64,000 nucleotides of DNA, taken from the NCBI GenBank assembly GCA_029262375.1, contig JAJCZM010000053.1, positions 29,400-93,399 of the forward strand, in the 5' to 3' direction. The notes under the pieces are model-generated. The model did no database searches and was not told the DNA's origin. It was given only the letters and a program-made list of their open reading frames with translations. The translations under genes were made by a program, and so were the position numbers. The DNA comes from Deltaproteobacteria bacterium. Its GTDB lineage: Bacteria > Desulfobacterota > Binatia > UBA1149 > SPBQ01. This document shows positions 8,796 to 16,939 of this stretch, in pieces (the stretch's first letter is position 1; each line of letters begins with the position of its first letter).

Positions 8796-11162
8796 ATGAT
8801 TGGCAATGTAATCCGACTCTCTCTTTTGGCCTATGCGTGGTCCCTGGTTCTTCCAGTGATCGCGGGAGCGGCACAGTGTGAAGTGACCGTAGGCTTTACC
8901 GAGGAGGTCAGCGCAAGCGGAATTCTCGTAGACGTGGCTTACCCCGCCAGCGGCATCTTCGAAGGCGCCGGCGACCAGGCCGAGTGCCGGACGAACGTTC
9001 CCGGCGGACTCGCGACCTTCAACAATAAGACGGCCGACGGTGTGCTCACCACGGCGCTGATTCGAATCGACCCATTCTCCGGCGCTGACCTTTTTAGTTG
9101 CACATGGAGCGGCGCCGAGGTCAGTGCTAGCCAATTCTCGGTTTCGACCGTCGATGCGACCGACTCGAACATCAATACGATCGAGCCTTTTCCTGCTCTC
9201 GCGGTCACCAACGTGACCTGCGACGGAAACGATACGACCGGTGATACGCCCGATGGCGGCACGGCCGCGAATGACGGCGGTTGCTACATGGTCGTCAGCG
9301 CGAGCAGCTCGCAACCCATCGGCGGCCTGATGGTCGACGTGAACTACCAGGGGGCCGGCATCGAAATTGCCGGCGCAAACGACACTGCCGAGTGCTACAC
9401 GCTGGTTGCCGGCGGACTCGGCGCCTACAACGATAAGGAAGACGAGGGCAAGCTGACCGCGGCGATCGTCCATCTCTCGGGCTTTAGCGGCTACACCGAT
9501 GTCGTCGAGTGTTACGTAGATACCTACGGCGAGCCGTCGGCGGCCGACCTCGACGTCGTTGTCCTCGACGCGGTGGATCCTTCGGGCGCGGCGTTACTCC
9601 AGATTCCTGAGATCGACGTCCGCTACACGGATTGCGATTTCTCCGACGGCTCGAGCGAGCCCACGGGTACCGACGACTCGCCCAGCGATCCGGTTGCCGG
9701 CGGTGACGAGTGCACCGACGGCGCATACGATGTGACGTTCGGCGTCGATGCGACGGTCGAGATCGGATCACTACAATTCGAAGTGAACTACGCATCTGCC
9801 CCGGGCGGATTCGAAGGGACGGGCAGTACCGTTGGCTGCGAGGTCGTTGCCACTGGCAGCGGAACCTTCGCATCATTCAACGATCAAGACACGCAGTCGC
9901 GCCTCATCGCCGGCTTGGTAAGTGTCGGCGGCTTCGATGCCCCAGGCGATGTCGTTCGTTGCCGCTTCGAAGCTGAAGGCGCAGCGCCGACGGCCGCTGA
10001 CTTCTCGACTTCGGTCAACGACGCATCGACGCCCAATGTACAAGCGATCGTTCCGACCCCGGGCGTTGTTGTTACTTCGATTTCGCCTGCAGCCGATAAC
10101 GCATGTGGTGGCGAGTGCGGCAACGGTGTCGTCGACGGAAACGAGGCCTGTGACGATGGCAACGACAGTGATTTCGATTCTTGCAAGAACGATTGCACCG
10201 AAAATACCTGCGGCGACGGCGTGCTCAACGACAGCGTCGAGGACTGTGACGACGGGAACAACGACGACACCGACGCCTGTGTGTCCGACTGCACCGAGAA
10301 TGTCTGCGGTGACGGAAACGTCTACGGCGGCGTAGAAGACTGCGACGACGGCTCTGCGAACTCGGACAGCGCGGCCGATGCTTGTCGATCCGATTGCAGC
10401 CTGCCGGTGTGCGGTGACGGCGTCGCCGACTTCGGGGAAGACTGTGACGATGGCAACGATGCCGACGACGATTCGTGCCTCTCGGATTGTGTCGTAGCCT
10501 ACTGCGGTGACGGTTTCGTAAACGTCGGTGTCGAGGACTGCGACGACGGTGCGCTCAACAACGATGCCGACCCGGATACCTGTCGCTCCGACTGCACGTG
10601 GCCGCTGATCTGCGGCGACGTCGATAGCAACGGCGTGGTGACTGCAACCGACTCGCGACGCGTCCTCGAGAGCGCGGTGGGCCTGTCGGACCATTGCGCC
10701 GGTCGCCTCTGCGATGTTGACGGTAACTCGCGTGTCACTGCGACCGACGCCCAGCTGGTGCTCGGATACGCCGTCGGCGTGGACATAGAGCTGCAGTGCA
10801 TGATGCCCGTGATCGTATCGATCGACTCGGACCAGGCCTTCGGTGCGCTCCAGTTCACCATCGACTACGCCGCAACAGGATCGACCTTCATGGGCAATGG
10901 AGCCGACGTCTACTGCATCAACCTCGTCGAGGATGGAGCGCTAGTCAGCTTCAACAACATGACGGATACCTCGCAGCTCCACGTTGGAGTGGTCAGCGTG
11001 GGAGCGGTCCAGGGGCCGCTCGATGTCCTCGCTTGCAGCTTCTATCCGACGGGCGACAGCCTCTCGGCGGAAGACTTCCAGGTTGAAGTGACCGACGCGA
11101 CGGATGCAGCGGTTAACGAGATCCCGCTCGAGGACGTCGTGATAGGAGTGCGATTTGAATAG
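8796..11162 (+). CDS. Secreted modular protein C: 4 four-Cys modules + 5 Myxococcus-type Cys-rich repeats + dockerin-like module
   Basis: Signal peptide MIGNVIRLSLLAYAWSLVLPVIAGAAQ. Modules lie at 8877-9221, 9282-9635, 9711-10090 and 10801-11159; the last one sits after the dockerin. Five repeats of CG[DN]G-x5-E-x-CDDG...C-x2-DC lie at about 10116-10600. The dockerin-like pair CGDVDSNGVVTATDSRRVL...CDVDGNSRVTATDAQLVL lies at about 10611-10790. Confidence 0.85.
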   Translation: MIGNVIRLSLLAYAWSLVLPVIAGAAQCEVTVGFTEEVSASGILVDVAYPASGIFEGAGDQAECRTNVPGGLATFNNKTADGVLTTALIRIDPFSGADLFSCTWSGAEVSASQFSVSTVDATDSNINTIEPFPALAVTNVTCDGNDTTGDTPDGGTAANDGGCYMVVSASSSQPIGGLMVDVNYQGAGIEIAGANDTAECYTLVAGGLGAYNDKEDEGKLTAAIVHLSGFSGYTDVVECYVDTYGEPSAADLDVVVLDAVDPSGAALLQIPEIDVRYTDCDFSDGSSEPTGTDDSPSDPVAGGDECTDGAYDVTFGVDATVEIGSLQFEVNYASAPGGFEGTGSTVGCEVVATGSGTFASFNDQDTQSRLIAGLVSVGGFDAPGDVVRCRFEAEGAAPTAADFSTSVNDASTPNVQAIVPTPGVVVTSISPAADNACGGECGNGVVDGNEACDDGNDSDFDSCKNDCTENTCGDGVLNDSVEDCDDGNNDDTDACVSDCTENVCGDGNVYGGVEDCDDGSANSDSAADACRSDCSLPVCGDGVADFGEDCDDGNDADDDSCLSDCVVAYCGDGFVNVGVEDCDDGALNNDADPDTCRSDCTWPLICGDVDSNGVVTATDSRRVLESAVGLSDHCAGRLCDVDGNSRVTATDAQLVLGYAVGVDIELQCMMPVIVSIDSDQAFGALQFTIDYAATGSTFMGNGADVYCINLVEDGALVSFNNMTDTSQLHVGVVSVGAVQGPLDVLACSFYPTGDSLSAEDFQVEVTDATDAAVNEIPLEDVVIGVRFE

Positions 11163-11228
11163 CTGAGCCAGGTGCCCTGCACGGGGCCTCCGAGCGATGG
11201 CTGTTTGCTCGGGGATTGCCAACCACAG

Positions 11229-11265
11229 GAAGGCCGGTCTCGAAGGAGGCCGGCCTTCTCTGGTT
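11229..11265 (+). terminator. Candidate intrinsic terminator after gene C
   Basis: A 9-bp stem GAAGGCCGG / CCGGCCTTC with a 12-nt loop is followed by TCTGGTTTGG. The T-tract is weak. Confidence 0.4.
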
Positions 11266-11306
11266 TGGGCCGTGCGCGATCTTGGATAGCACCGCACGGC
11301 AATGTT

Positions 11307-11774
11307 ATGGGTTGTGCGGTGAAGGGTCTTCTGCAGAGAGTCTCTGGGGCAGCGGTTGTCGTTGGCGACGAGACCGTCGGGGCGATCGGTCCGGGTCTGT
11401 GTGTCCTGGTCGGAGTCGGCCACGATGATGTCGAGCGCGATGCGCAGCTATTGGCCGAGCGGCTCATCAATCTGCGGGTGTTCGAAGACGGCGACGGAAA
11501 GATGAACCTCTCGCTTCTCGATGGCGGAGGCGAGTTGCTCGTCGTCTCCCAGTTCACGTTGATGGGCGACACGCGCCGAGGCCGACGGCCTTCGTTTGTT
11601 GCGGCTGCTGCGCCTGAGCGGGCGGCTGAACTGATCGAGCACGTCGTCGCGTGCGTGCGCGATGTAGGTATTGGAGTGGCTACCGGGCGTTTCGGCGCAC
11701 ACATGAACATCGATATCCAAGCCGACGGGCCGGTCACTCTGATGCTCGATACTGCGGAGAAACGCAGTGCCTAA
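11307..11774 (+). CDS. dtd: D-aminoacyl-tRNA deacylase
   Basis: Motifs LLQRVSGAAVVV, GPGLCVLVGV, GKMNLSL, LLVVSQFTLMGDTRRGRRPSF, TGRFGAHMNIDIQADGPVTLMLD. An alternative GTG start at 11319 (MKGLLQRV...) aligns better with the typical Dtd N-terminus. Confidence 0.9.
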   Translation: MGCAVKGLLQRVSGAAVVVGDETVGAIGPGLCVLVGVGHDDVERDAQLLAERLINLRVFEDGDGKMNLSLLDGGGELLVVSQFTLMGDTRRGRRPSFVAAAAPERAAELIEHVVACVRDVGIGVATGRFGAHMNIDIQADGPVTLMLDTAEKRSA

Positions 11775-12240
11775 AGCCGGGTTCTGGGCGATCGGCGGCT
11801 ACGACATCAACTTCCGCAGGGATGGTAGATGGTACGCCGACGACGAGTTGGTCGAGAACAAGCGCATCGCGTTGCTGTTCTCCCAGCACGTACAGTCGGA
11901 CGGTGAAGGTGGGTGGGTTATCGATCTGCAGATCGACAGGCAGCCCGTTCGCGTCGAAGACACTGCACTGGTCGTGCAACGGGTCGAGGGCGACCCCGCC
12001 GCCGGGTTCCAGGTCCGTACGAATGACGCGGTCGTCGAGCCTCTAGACTGTGCCTCACTCGAGATTGGTCCCGACAATGTCTTGTACTGTACGGTCGACC
12101 GCGGTGCTCGTGGGAAAATCAGGGCGCGATTCCTACGAAGCGCTTACTATGCGTTGGTCCAGCATCTCGTAGAGACCGACGAGGGCATCGTGTTGCCGTG
12201 CGTTGGTTCCAACTATCCGATCCGCGAACACGCGGGCTGA
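11767..12240 (+). CDS. DUF1285-like protein
   Basis: The GTG start overlaps the dtd stop. FRRDGRWYADDELVENKRIALLFSQHV matches my memory of the DUF1285 N-terminal pattern (F-I-R-DG-W-H-G-PI-R--L--LF). Confidence 0.55.
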   Translation: MPKAGFWAIGGYDINFRRDGRWYADDELVENKRIALLFSQHVQSDGEGGWVIDLQIDRQPVRVEDTALVVQRVEGDPAAGFQVRTNDAVVEPLDCASLEIGPDNVLYCTVDRGARGKIRARFLRSAYYALVQHLVETDEGIVLPCVGSNYPIREHAG

Positions 12241-12249
12241 GGCGAATCG

Positions 12250-12702
12250 ATGCGCATCGTTCTTCTTGAACCTGAAATTCCACAAAACACCGGGAGTATC
12301 GCACGCCTTGCTGCGGCCACGAAAACGCCGCTCGACCTGATCGGCCCACTCGGCTTCTCGCTCGAAGACAAATACCTCAAACGTGCCGGGCTGGACTACT
12401 GGCCCTACGTCGATCTGACGGTCTACGAGAACTGGCTGGACTACGGCAGCGAAGCGCACGAGGGGAGGGCGATCGCCTTCTCCGCGCGGCGCGGAGAGAG
12501 CTATGTGCGGTGCGAGTACCGTAGCGACGACAGGTTATTCTTCGGCAAAGAAACGAAGGGACTTCCGGCTGAGTTTCTCGACAATATCGCGAGCGATGTC
12601 TTTACGATTCCGATCGCGGAGCCTGCCGTACGCAGCCTGAATTTGGCCAACGCCGTGAGTATCGTCGTCTACGAAGGACGCCGACAGCTCGGTCTCGAGT
12701 AA
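12250..12702 (+). CDS. trmL: tRNA (cytidine/uridine-2'-O-)-methyltransferase TrmL (SpoU family)
   Basis: MRIVLLEPEIPQNTGSIARLAAAT, KYLKRAGLDYW, LFFGKETKGLP, RSLNLANAVSIVVYEGRRQ. Confidence 0.9.
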   Translation: MRIVLLEPEIPQNTGSIARLAAATKTPLDLIGPLGFSLEDKYLKRAGLDYWPYVDLTVYENWLDYGSEAHEGRAIAFSARRGESYVRCEYRSDDRLFFGKETKGLPAEFLDNIASDVFTIPIAEPAVRSLNLANAVSIVVYEGRRQLGLE

Positions 12703-12706
12703 ACGA

Positions 12707-13381
12707 CTAGCCTCTTTTCAGCTCTGCGATGAACGAATCCGCCTCTGCTATCGAGGCGTTCATCTCACGAATCAATCGCTCGACGCCGATCTCTATCGAG
12801 TCGAGTTCCGCGCTGAGCGAGTTGATCGCTTGCGCGTTGAGGTTGTGTTTCAGGAACAGGACCTGGTCGCGAAACGCATCCAAGACGGGGTCGATTTTGC
12901 TTTCGGCCCGTTTCATCGCAGCGATGAGATCGGTGTAGCGCGACTTCGTCGTCGACAGTTTCTTCTCACTGGAGCGTCGAAGTTCGCTGCTGCTGTACTG
13001 TGCCAGCTCCTTCTTCCATTCGGCGAACATTGCGCCGGCGACGTCTTCGACGAGATCGATGCGCTCATGCACGTCGGCTGCTTTGGCTTCACTGCGGCCG
13101 AGTTCGGCATCGAGCACGTCGTACTTTTTCTGCAGGTCGCCTTCCGTGCTGCCGAGTACGGAATTGACTCGCTCGAGCGCGGATCCGAATTGTTCCTTCG
13201 CATCCTCCTGGCTGTCGCGTGCGTTCTCGACTCGCGACACGAAGATGTCGCGCTTGTGTACGCCCACGCTTTCCCAGGCGTTGTAGTAGGCTCGCTGACA
13301 GCCCGTGTTGGCCATGATGAAACCCGCGAGGATGACCGCGGGGAGGACTCTCGTTGCCTTACAACTCAGATCGGATCGCAT
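12707..13381 (-). CDS. DUF2959-like lipoprotein
   Basis: Lipobox MANTGC is followed by AYYNAWESVGVHKRDIFVSRVENARDSQEDAKEQF, a coiled-coil protein that matches my memory of DUF2959. Confidence 0.6.
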   Translation of the reverse strand: MRSDLSCKATRVLPAVILAGFIMANTGCQRAYYNAWESVGVHKRDIFVSRVENARDSQEDAKEQFGSALERVNSVLGSTEGDLQKKYDVLDAELGRSEAKAADVHERIDLVEDVAGAMFAEWKKELAQYSSSELRRSSEKKLSTTKSRYTDLIAAMKRAESKIDPVLDAFRDQVLFLKHNLNAQAINSLSAELDSIEIGVERLIREMNASIAEADSFIAELKRG

Positions 13382-13393
13382 GATTCGGATGGC

Positions 13394-14020
13394 TCAGCTC
13401 GTCGCGTTGCCGCCCACGGGTCGATCTTTGTCAGGCTCGTTGATCGCGAAGGCTTGATCGCCTTTGCTCTCGAGTTCGGACGCCGCCTTCTGAGCTAGCT
13501 CCGACGGCTGGCTCTGCTCGGGGGCGGTGGATTCGTCCGAAGCTTGGGGCGCGGCGGCAGCCGCTGTTGCGCTTTGCGAGGCTTGCGCTGCGGTAGTCTC
13601 GTCCGACGAATCGCGTTCGTTGGGTTCGCCGGTCGAGTCGGCGGCCGCCGGTGTCGCGGCCACAACGGTTTCGCCGACGGCGACCGTCGGGTCGTGGATG
13701 ATGCGCTGGCCGCCGAACACGGAGTTCGTCAGCGCGTCATAGTCACCGCAAAGAGACTGAGCGCCGTATGCCAGATGGTCGTACACTTTCTTGTACGACT
13801 GGGTCATCTCGCCGACGAGTTCTGCGGTTTGCTTGAAATGATCGGTGACGCCGCCGCGATATACATCGTGCTCTTTGCGGAGTTGTTCGAGCTCTTCCTC
13901 GAGCGCACGCACGCGTTTCGGTCCTGGGAGGACGGCTGCGGCGATCAGTGCGCCGACAACGGCACCTGCTGCGATGAGAGCGATGACCAGTCCGACGTTG
14001 GCAGTAATGACTTCGACCAT
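13394..14020 (-). CDS. yhcB: YhcB/ZapG-like (DUF1043) inner-membrane protein with acidic/Ala-rich tail
   Basis: An N-terminal TM helix is followed by ELEQLRKEHDVYRGGVTDHFKQTAELVGEMTQSYKKVYDHLA. This parallels E. coli YhcB (EL..YR.ELVSHFARSAELLD.M..DYRQLYQHMA). Confidence 0.65.
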   Translation of the reverse strand: MVEVITANVGLVIALIAAGAVVGALIAAAVLPGPKRVRALEEELEQLRKEHDVYRGGVTDHFKQTAELVGEMTQSYKKVYDHLAYGAQSLCGDYDALTNSVFGGQRIIHDPTVAVGETVVAATPAAADSTGEPNERDSSDETTAAQASQSATAAAAAPQASDESTAPEQSQPSELAQKAASELESKGDQAFAINEPDKDRPVGGNATS

Positions 14021-14364
14021 GTGGGTCTCCCGGGACTCGAGGCGCGTAGGATTGCGACGGAGCGACTCGAGGCTCTGCGAAATGTACCTAGCGCTGTGGT
14101 AGCTAGAAAGTCGCTACGGCACAACGCGCGCCGTCAGGGAGGCGGCGAATTCGACGTTCGTGTCAGCCGTTTCATCCCTCGCATCATCGCATCGCCGCGT
14201 CGCGCGAAGGTACGTCTGAGCCATTAGAAGAGTGTCGCATCCTCGCGGTCCGGCTCACGAGTCCAGCGACCGAAGCGGAATGCGGCGAAACGATATCGAT
14301 AGCACTCGCTGTGCAGCGGTCATGTTCTCACGATGACGCGCGACCGTGTGCTCGACGATCGCGC

Positions 14365-14413
14365 TTGACTCACGGCGGTCTGTTTTGCATAATACCGGAA
14401 TCGGAATTCCGGT
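14365..14413 (+). promoter_or_regulatory. Sigma-70-type promoter plus palindromic operator upstream of the TetR gene
   Basis: TTGACT (14365-14370), a 17-nt spacer, then CATAAT (14388-14393). An inverted repeat ACCGGAAT-cgga-ATTCCGGT follows directly at 14394-14413. The ATG is at 14456. Confidence 0.65.
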
Positions 14414-14455
14414 TTCGCTATATGCGGATCCGCTCTCTCTTGATCTGCTATCGCA

Positions 14456-15133
14456 ATGCCTGACACGTCGACTGCCACCCAACTCCGCATGCTCCCCCTC
14501 GAATGGGTAAAGCCTCCTCACCAGGCCCGCACGCACGCCACGCTCGGCAAGCTGCTCGACGCTGCGGAGCAACTGCTGGCCGAGAAATCTTGGGGTGACA
14601 TCGCGGTCGCCGAACTGGCCAAGGCGGCCGGCTCGTCGGTCGGCGCGTTCTACCGGCGGTTCGGCGACAAAGACGCGCTGCTGCACGCGGTACACGAGCG
14701 CTACGTTCAGGAAGCAATGGCAACCGCCGACGCGACCCTGGACGTCGAACGCTGGCACGGTGCGACGCTCTTCGACGTATTGGAACAGACCGTCGGCTTC
14801 GTGATCCAGGTGTGGCGCGAGCGGCGCGGATTGGATCGAGCCGTCTTCGAACGCGCGCTCGTCGATGACGTTTTCAAAGAGCGCAACAATCGCATGACGC
14901 GCTACGTGGTCGAGTGCATGACGAAGCTCGTAGACGCGCGTAGCGAAGAAGTCTCACATCCTCGACCCGATATCGCGGTCCAAGTCGCGTTGCGACAAAC
15001 TTTCGGCTTTCTCACCGACTCCTACACGATCGGTCTCAACGACTACGGAGCGGCGACCTTGAGCGACGACGAACTCGCGCACGAGATCGCGCGAAGCATG
15101 ACGGCGTACCTCGGGGCTCAAAACAGAGATTGA
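14456..15133 (+). CDS. TetR/AcrR family transcriptional regulator
   Basis: HTH region LLDAAEQLLAEKSWGDIAVAELAKAAGSSVGAFYRRFGDKDALLHAV. Confidence 0.85.
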   Translation: MPDTSTATQLRMLPLEWVKPPHQARTHATLGKLLDAAEQLLAEKSWGDIAVAELAKAAGSSVGAFYRRFGDKDALLHAVHERYVQEAMATADATLDVERWHGATLFDVLEQTVGFVIQVWRERRGLDRAVFERALVDDVFKERNNRMTRYVVECMTKLVDARSEEVSHPRPDIAVQVALRQTFGFLTDSYTIGLNDYGAATLSDDELAHEIARSMTAYLGAQNRD

Positions 15134-15160
15134 CCAGCGATTGACGGCGATTGACGGCGA
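15128..15160 (+). repeat. Three tandem copies of GATTGAC(C/G)(A/G)GC spanning the TetR stop codon
   Basis: The sequence reads gattgaccagc gattgacggc gattgacggc gat. It lies about 50 nt upstream of the ATG of the diiron-protein gene. Confidence 0.7.
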
Positions 15161-15207
15161 TATATGTCGTCCAACTTTCTAAGCTACGCAGGAGGGAGAA
15201 GAACCCC

Positions 15208-16251
15208 ATGAACACGAACAGCGATCACAGCACCGAGCATCTAGAAACCTTCACTGTCGAACAGTCGGTTTCCTACAATTGGGCCTACGATACCGATCGG
15301 GCGAGCTTGATGCGTCTGTATGAGAACGCCAAGCGCGATCAGTGGAATTCGACCGATGTGCTCGATTGGTCGACGGACGTGGATCCACGTAGCGAAGTTC
15401 TACCCGACATCGGCTTCGGTATTTACGGCACATCGGTGTGGAACAAGCTCACAAAGTCTGAGATCGAAAAACTGCGGCACGAAGCGCTTGCGTGGCAGCT
15501 CAGTCAGTTCCTTCACGGCGAGCAAGGGGCTTTGCTCGCGACCGCGCAGATCGTCGATGCGGTTCCGTGGTACGAGTCGAAGCAGTACGGCAGCACCCAG
15601 GTCATGGACGAAGCGCGTCACGTCGAGGTGTATCGCAAGTACCTCAAGGAGAAGGTCGAGCTGGAGTATCCCATCAATCCGGAGCTCAAGAATCTTCTCG
15701 ACCAAATTCTCACGGAATCGCGCTGGGACATGAAGCTCATCGGCATGCAGATCATCGTCGAAGGGCTCGCGCTGGCATCGTTTGCGAGCATTCGAGACGT
15801 CTCGGCCGATCCACTCCTCAAAGAACTCACGCAGTACGTCATCAGCGACGAGTCGCGCCATGTGGCGTTCGGTGTGCTGTCGCTGCGCGAGTATTGCCAG
15901 GACCTCACCGAAGCCGAACGCAACGAGCGCGAAGACTTCATCTACGAGGCCTGTCTCTTGATGCGCGACCGCATCGTGATGCGAGAGGTGTGGGAGAACA
16001 TGGGAATGGACGCCGATCACTGCATCGCCGTTGAACTGGACTCGGCGTTCTTCAAGGACTTCCGCGTCCGCCTGTTCTCGAAGATCGTTCCGAACGTGAA
16101 GAGCCTCGGCTTCCTGTCGGATCGTCAGCGAGCCCGTTTCGAGCAGATGGGTATTCTGCACTTCGAGAGCGAGACCACGTCCGATGTCGACCATGACATG
16201 GAGATGGAGCGCCGCATGCGCTCCGGCGAGCTCGACCAAAGCGCGGCCTGA
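15208..16251 (+). CDS. Ferritin-like diiron-carboxylate protein (R2/AurF-like oxygenase family)
   Basis: SD GGAGGGAG lies 10 nt upstream of the ATG at 15208. There are two E...ExxH pairs: LHGEQGALL...MDEARHVEVY and IVEGLALASF...SDESRHVAFG. Confidence 0.75.
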   Translation: MNTNSDHSTEHLETFTVEQSVSYNWAYDTDRASLMRLYENAKRDQWNSTDVLDWSTDVDPRSEVLPDIGFGIYGTSVWNKLTKSEIEKLRHEALAWQLSQFLHGEQGALLATAQIVDAVPWYESKQYGSTQVMDEARHVEVYRKYLKEKVELEYPINPELKNLLDQILTESRWDMKLIGMQIIVEGLALASFASIRDVSADPLLKELTQYVISDESRHVAFGVLSLREYCQDLTEAERNEREDFIYEACLLMRDRIVMREVWENMGMDADHCIAVELDSAFFKDFRVRLFSKIVPNVKSLGFLSDRQRARFEQMGILHFESETTSDVDHDMEMERRMRSGELDQSAA

Positions 16252-16282
16252 CGAAACGCGCGAACCACACTCCGAATGAGAA

Positions 16283-16317
16283 GGCGCCGCGCGGACGATC
16301 GCGCGGCGCCTTTTTTT
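16283..16317 (+). terminator. Rho-independent terminator
   Basis: A perfect 11-bp stem GGCGCCGCGCG / CGCGCGGCGCC with a 6-nt loop is followed by TTTTTTT. Confidence 0.9.
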
Positions 16318-16463
16318 GAATCTTAATTCCCTATATTCGACGATCTAATCGTTGTTCCTGAGTCTGAGAAGCCACGCTTCTCGATATTCCGAAACGCGCG
16401 AAACGCGCGACGATGCCTCGCGGGAAAACCCTTAAAAATTCGCTCCTTACGAACGCGGGCGAA

Positions 16464-16479
16464 TGGCACGGCTGTTGCG
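16464..16479 (+). promoter_or_regulatory. Sigma-54 (-24/-12) promoter
   Basis: TGGCACGGCTGTTGCG matches TGGCACG-N4-TTGC exactly. It lies 62 nt upstream of the ATG at 16541. A tandem GAAACGCGC x2 lies at 16391-16408. Confidence 0.65.
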
Positions 16480-16540
16480 ATGCAAAGAGCCGAAAGCGAG
16501 CCGTACCGCGTCACGGCGGCATCGCGCAGGAGGTTCTCAG

Positions 16541-16843
16541 ATGTTGTTTCTTACCTACGCCATTCCACTAGCTGCTTGGGTCGCGTTCGTTTACGTCCAG
16601 CACCACTTTGGCGATCGGCCGACGACTCACAATTGGTGGGCGCTAATGACGGCACTCGGCGTGTTCGAACTCGGCAAGGGCATGTTCGGCCTCATCGTGC
16701 CTGAGCACGCGGTGACGATGGCGCTGTTTACCGCGTTCGTGTGCGGCGGACTGGTACAGGTCGCTTGGGTGCGATCGAGCTGGCCGACGGTCGAGGAAAG
16801 CGACGAGTATGCGGAGGATCTGTTGGCCACGAATACGCACTGA
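16541..16843 (+). CDS. Small hypothetical membrane protein (100 aa, about 3 TM)
   Basis: SD AGGAGG lies 7 nt upstream of the ATG. Hydrophobic segments are MLFLTYAIPLAAWVAFVYV, WWALMTALGVFELGKGMFGLIV and MALFTAFVCGGLVQVAWV. I recognised no family. Confidence 0.6.
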   Translation: MLFLTYAIPLAAWVAFVYVQHHFGDRPTTHNWWALMTALGVFELGKGMFGLIVPEHAVTMALFTAFVCGGLVQVAWVRSSWPTVEESDEYAEDLLATNTH

Positions 16844-16888
16844 GCGCGCGTCCCCGTGCTTACCGTATAGGCCGACAGCTGCCCGATG

Positions 16889-16928
16889 GAGACCAGGCGT
16901 TCTGCCTGGTCTCGTCGGGCTTTCTTTC
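16889..16928 (+). terminator. Candidate intrinsic terminator between convergent genes
   Basis: A 10-bp stem GAGACCAGGC / GCCTGGTCTC with a 5-nt loop is followed by GTCGGGCTTTCTTTC. Confidence 0.55.
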
Positions 16929-16939
16929 ATCTAGACAAG

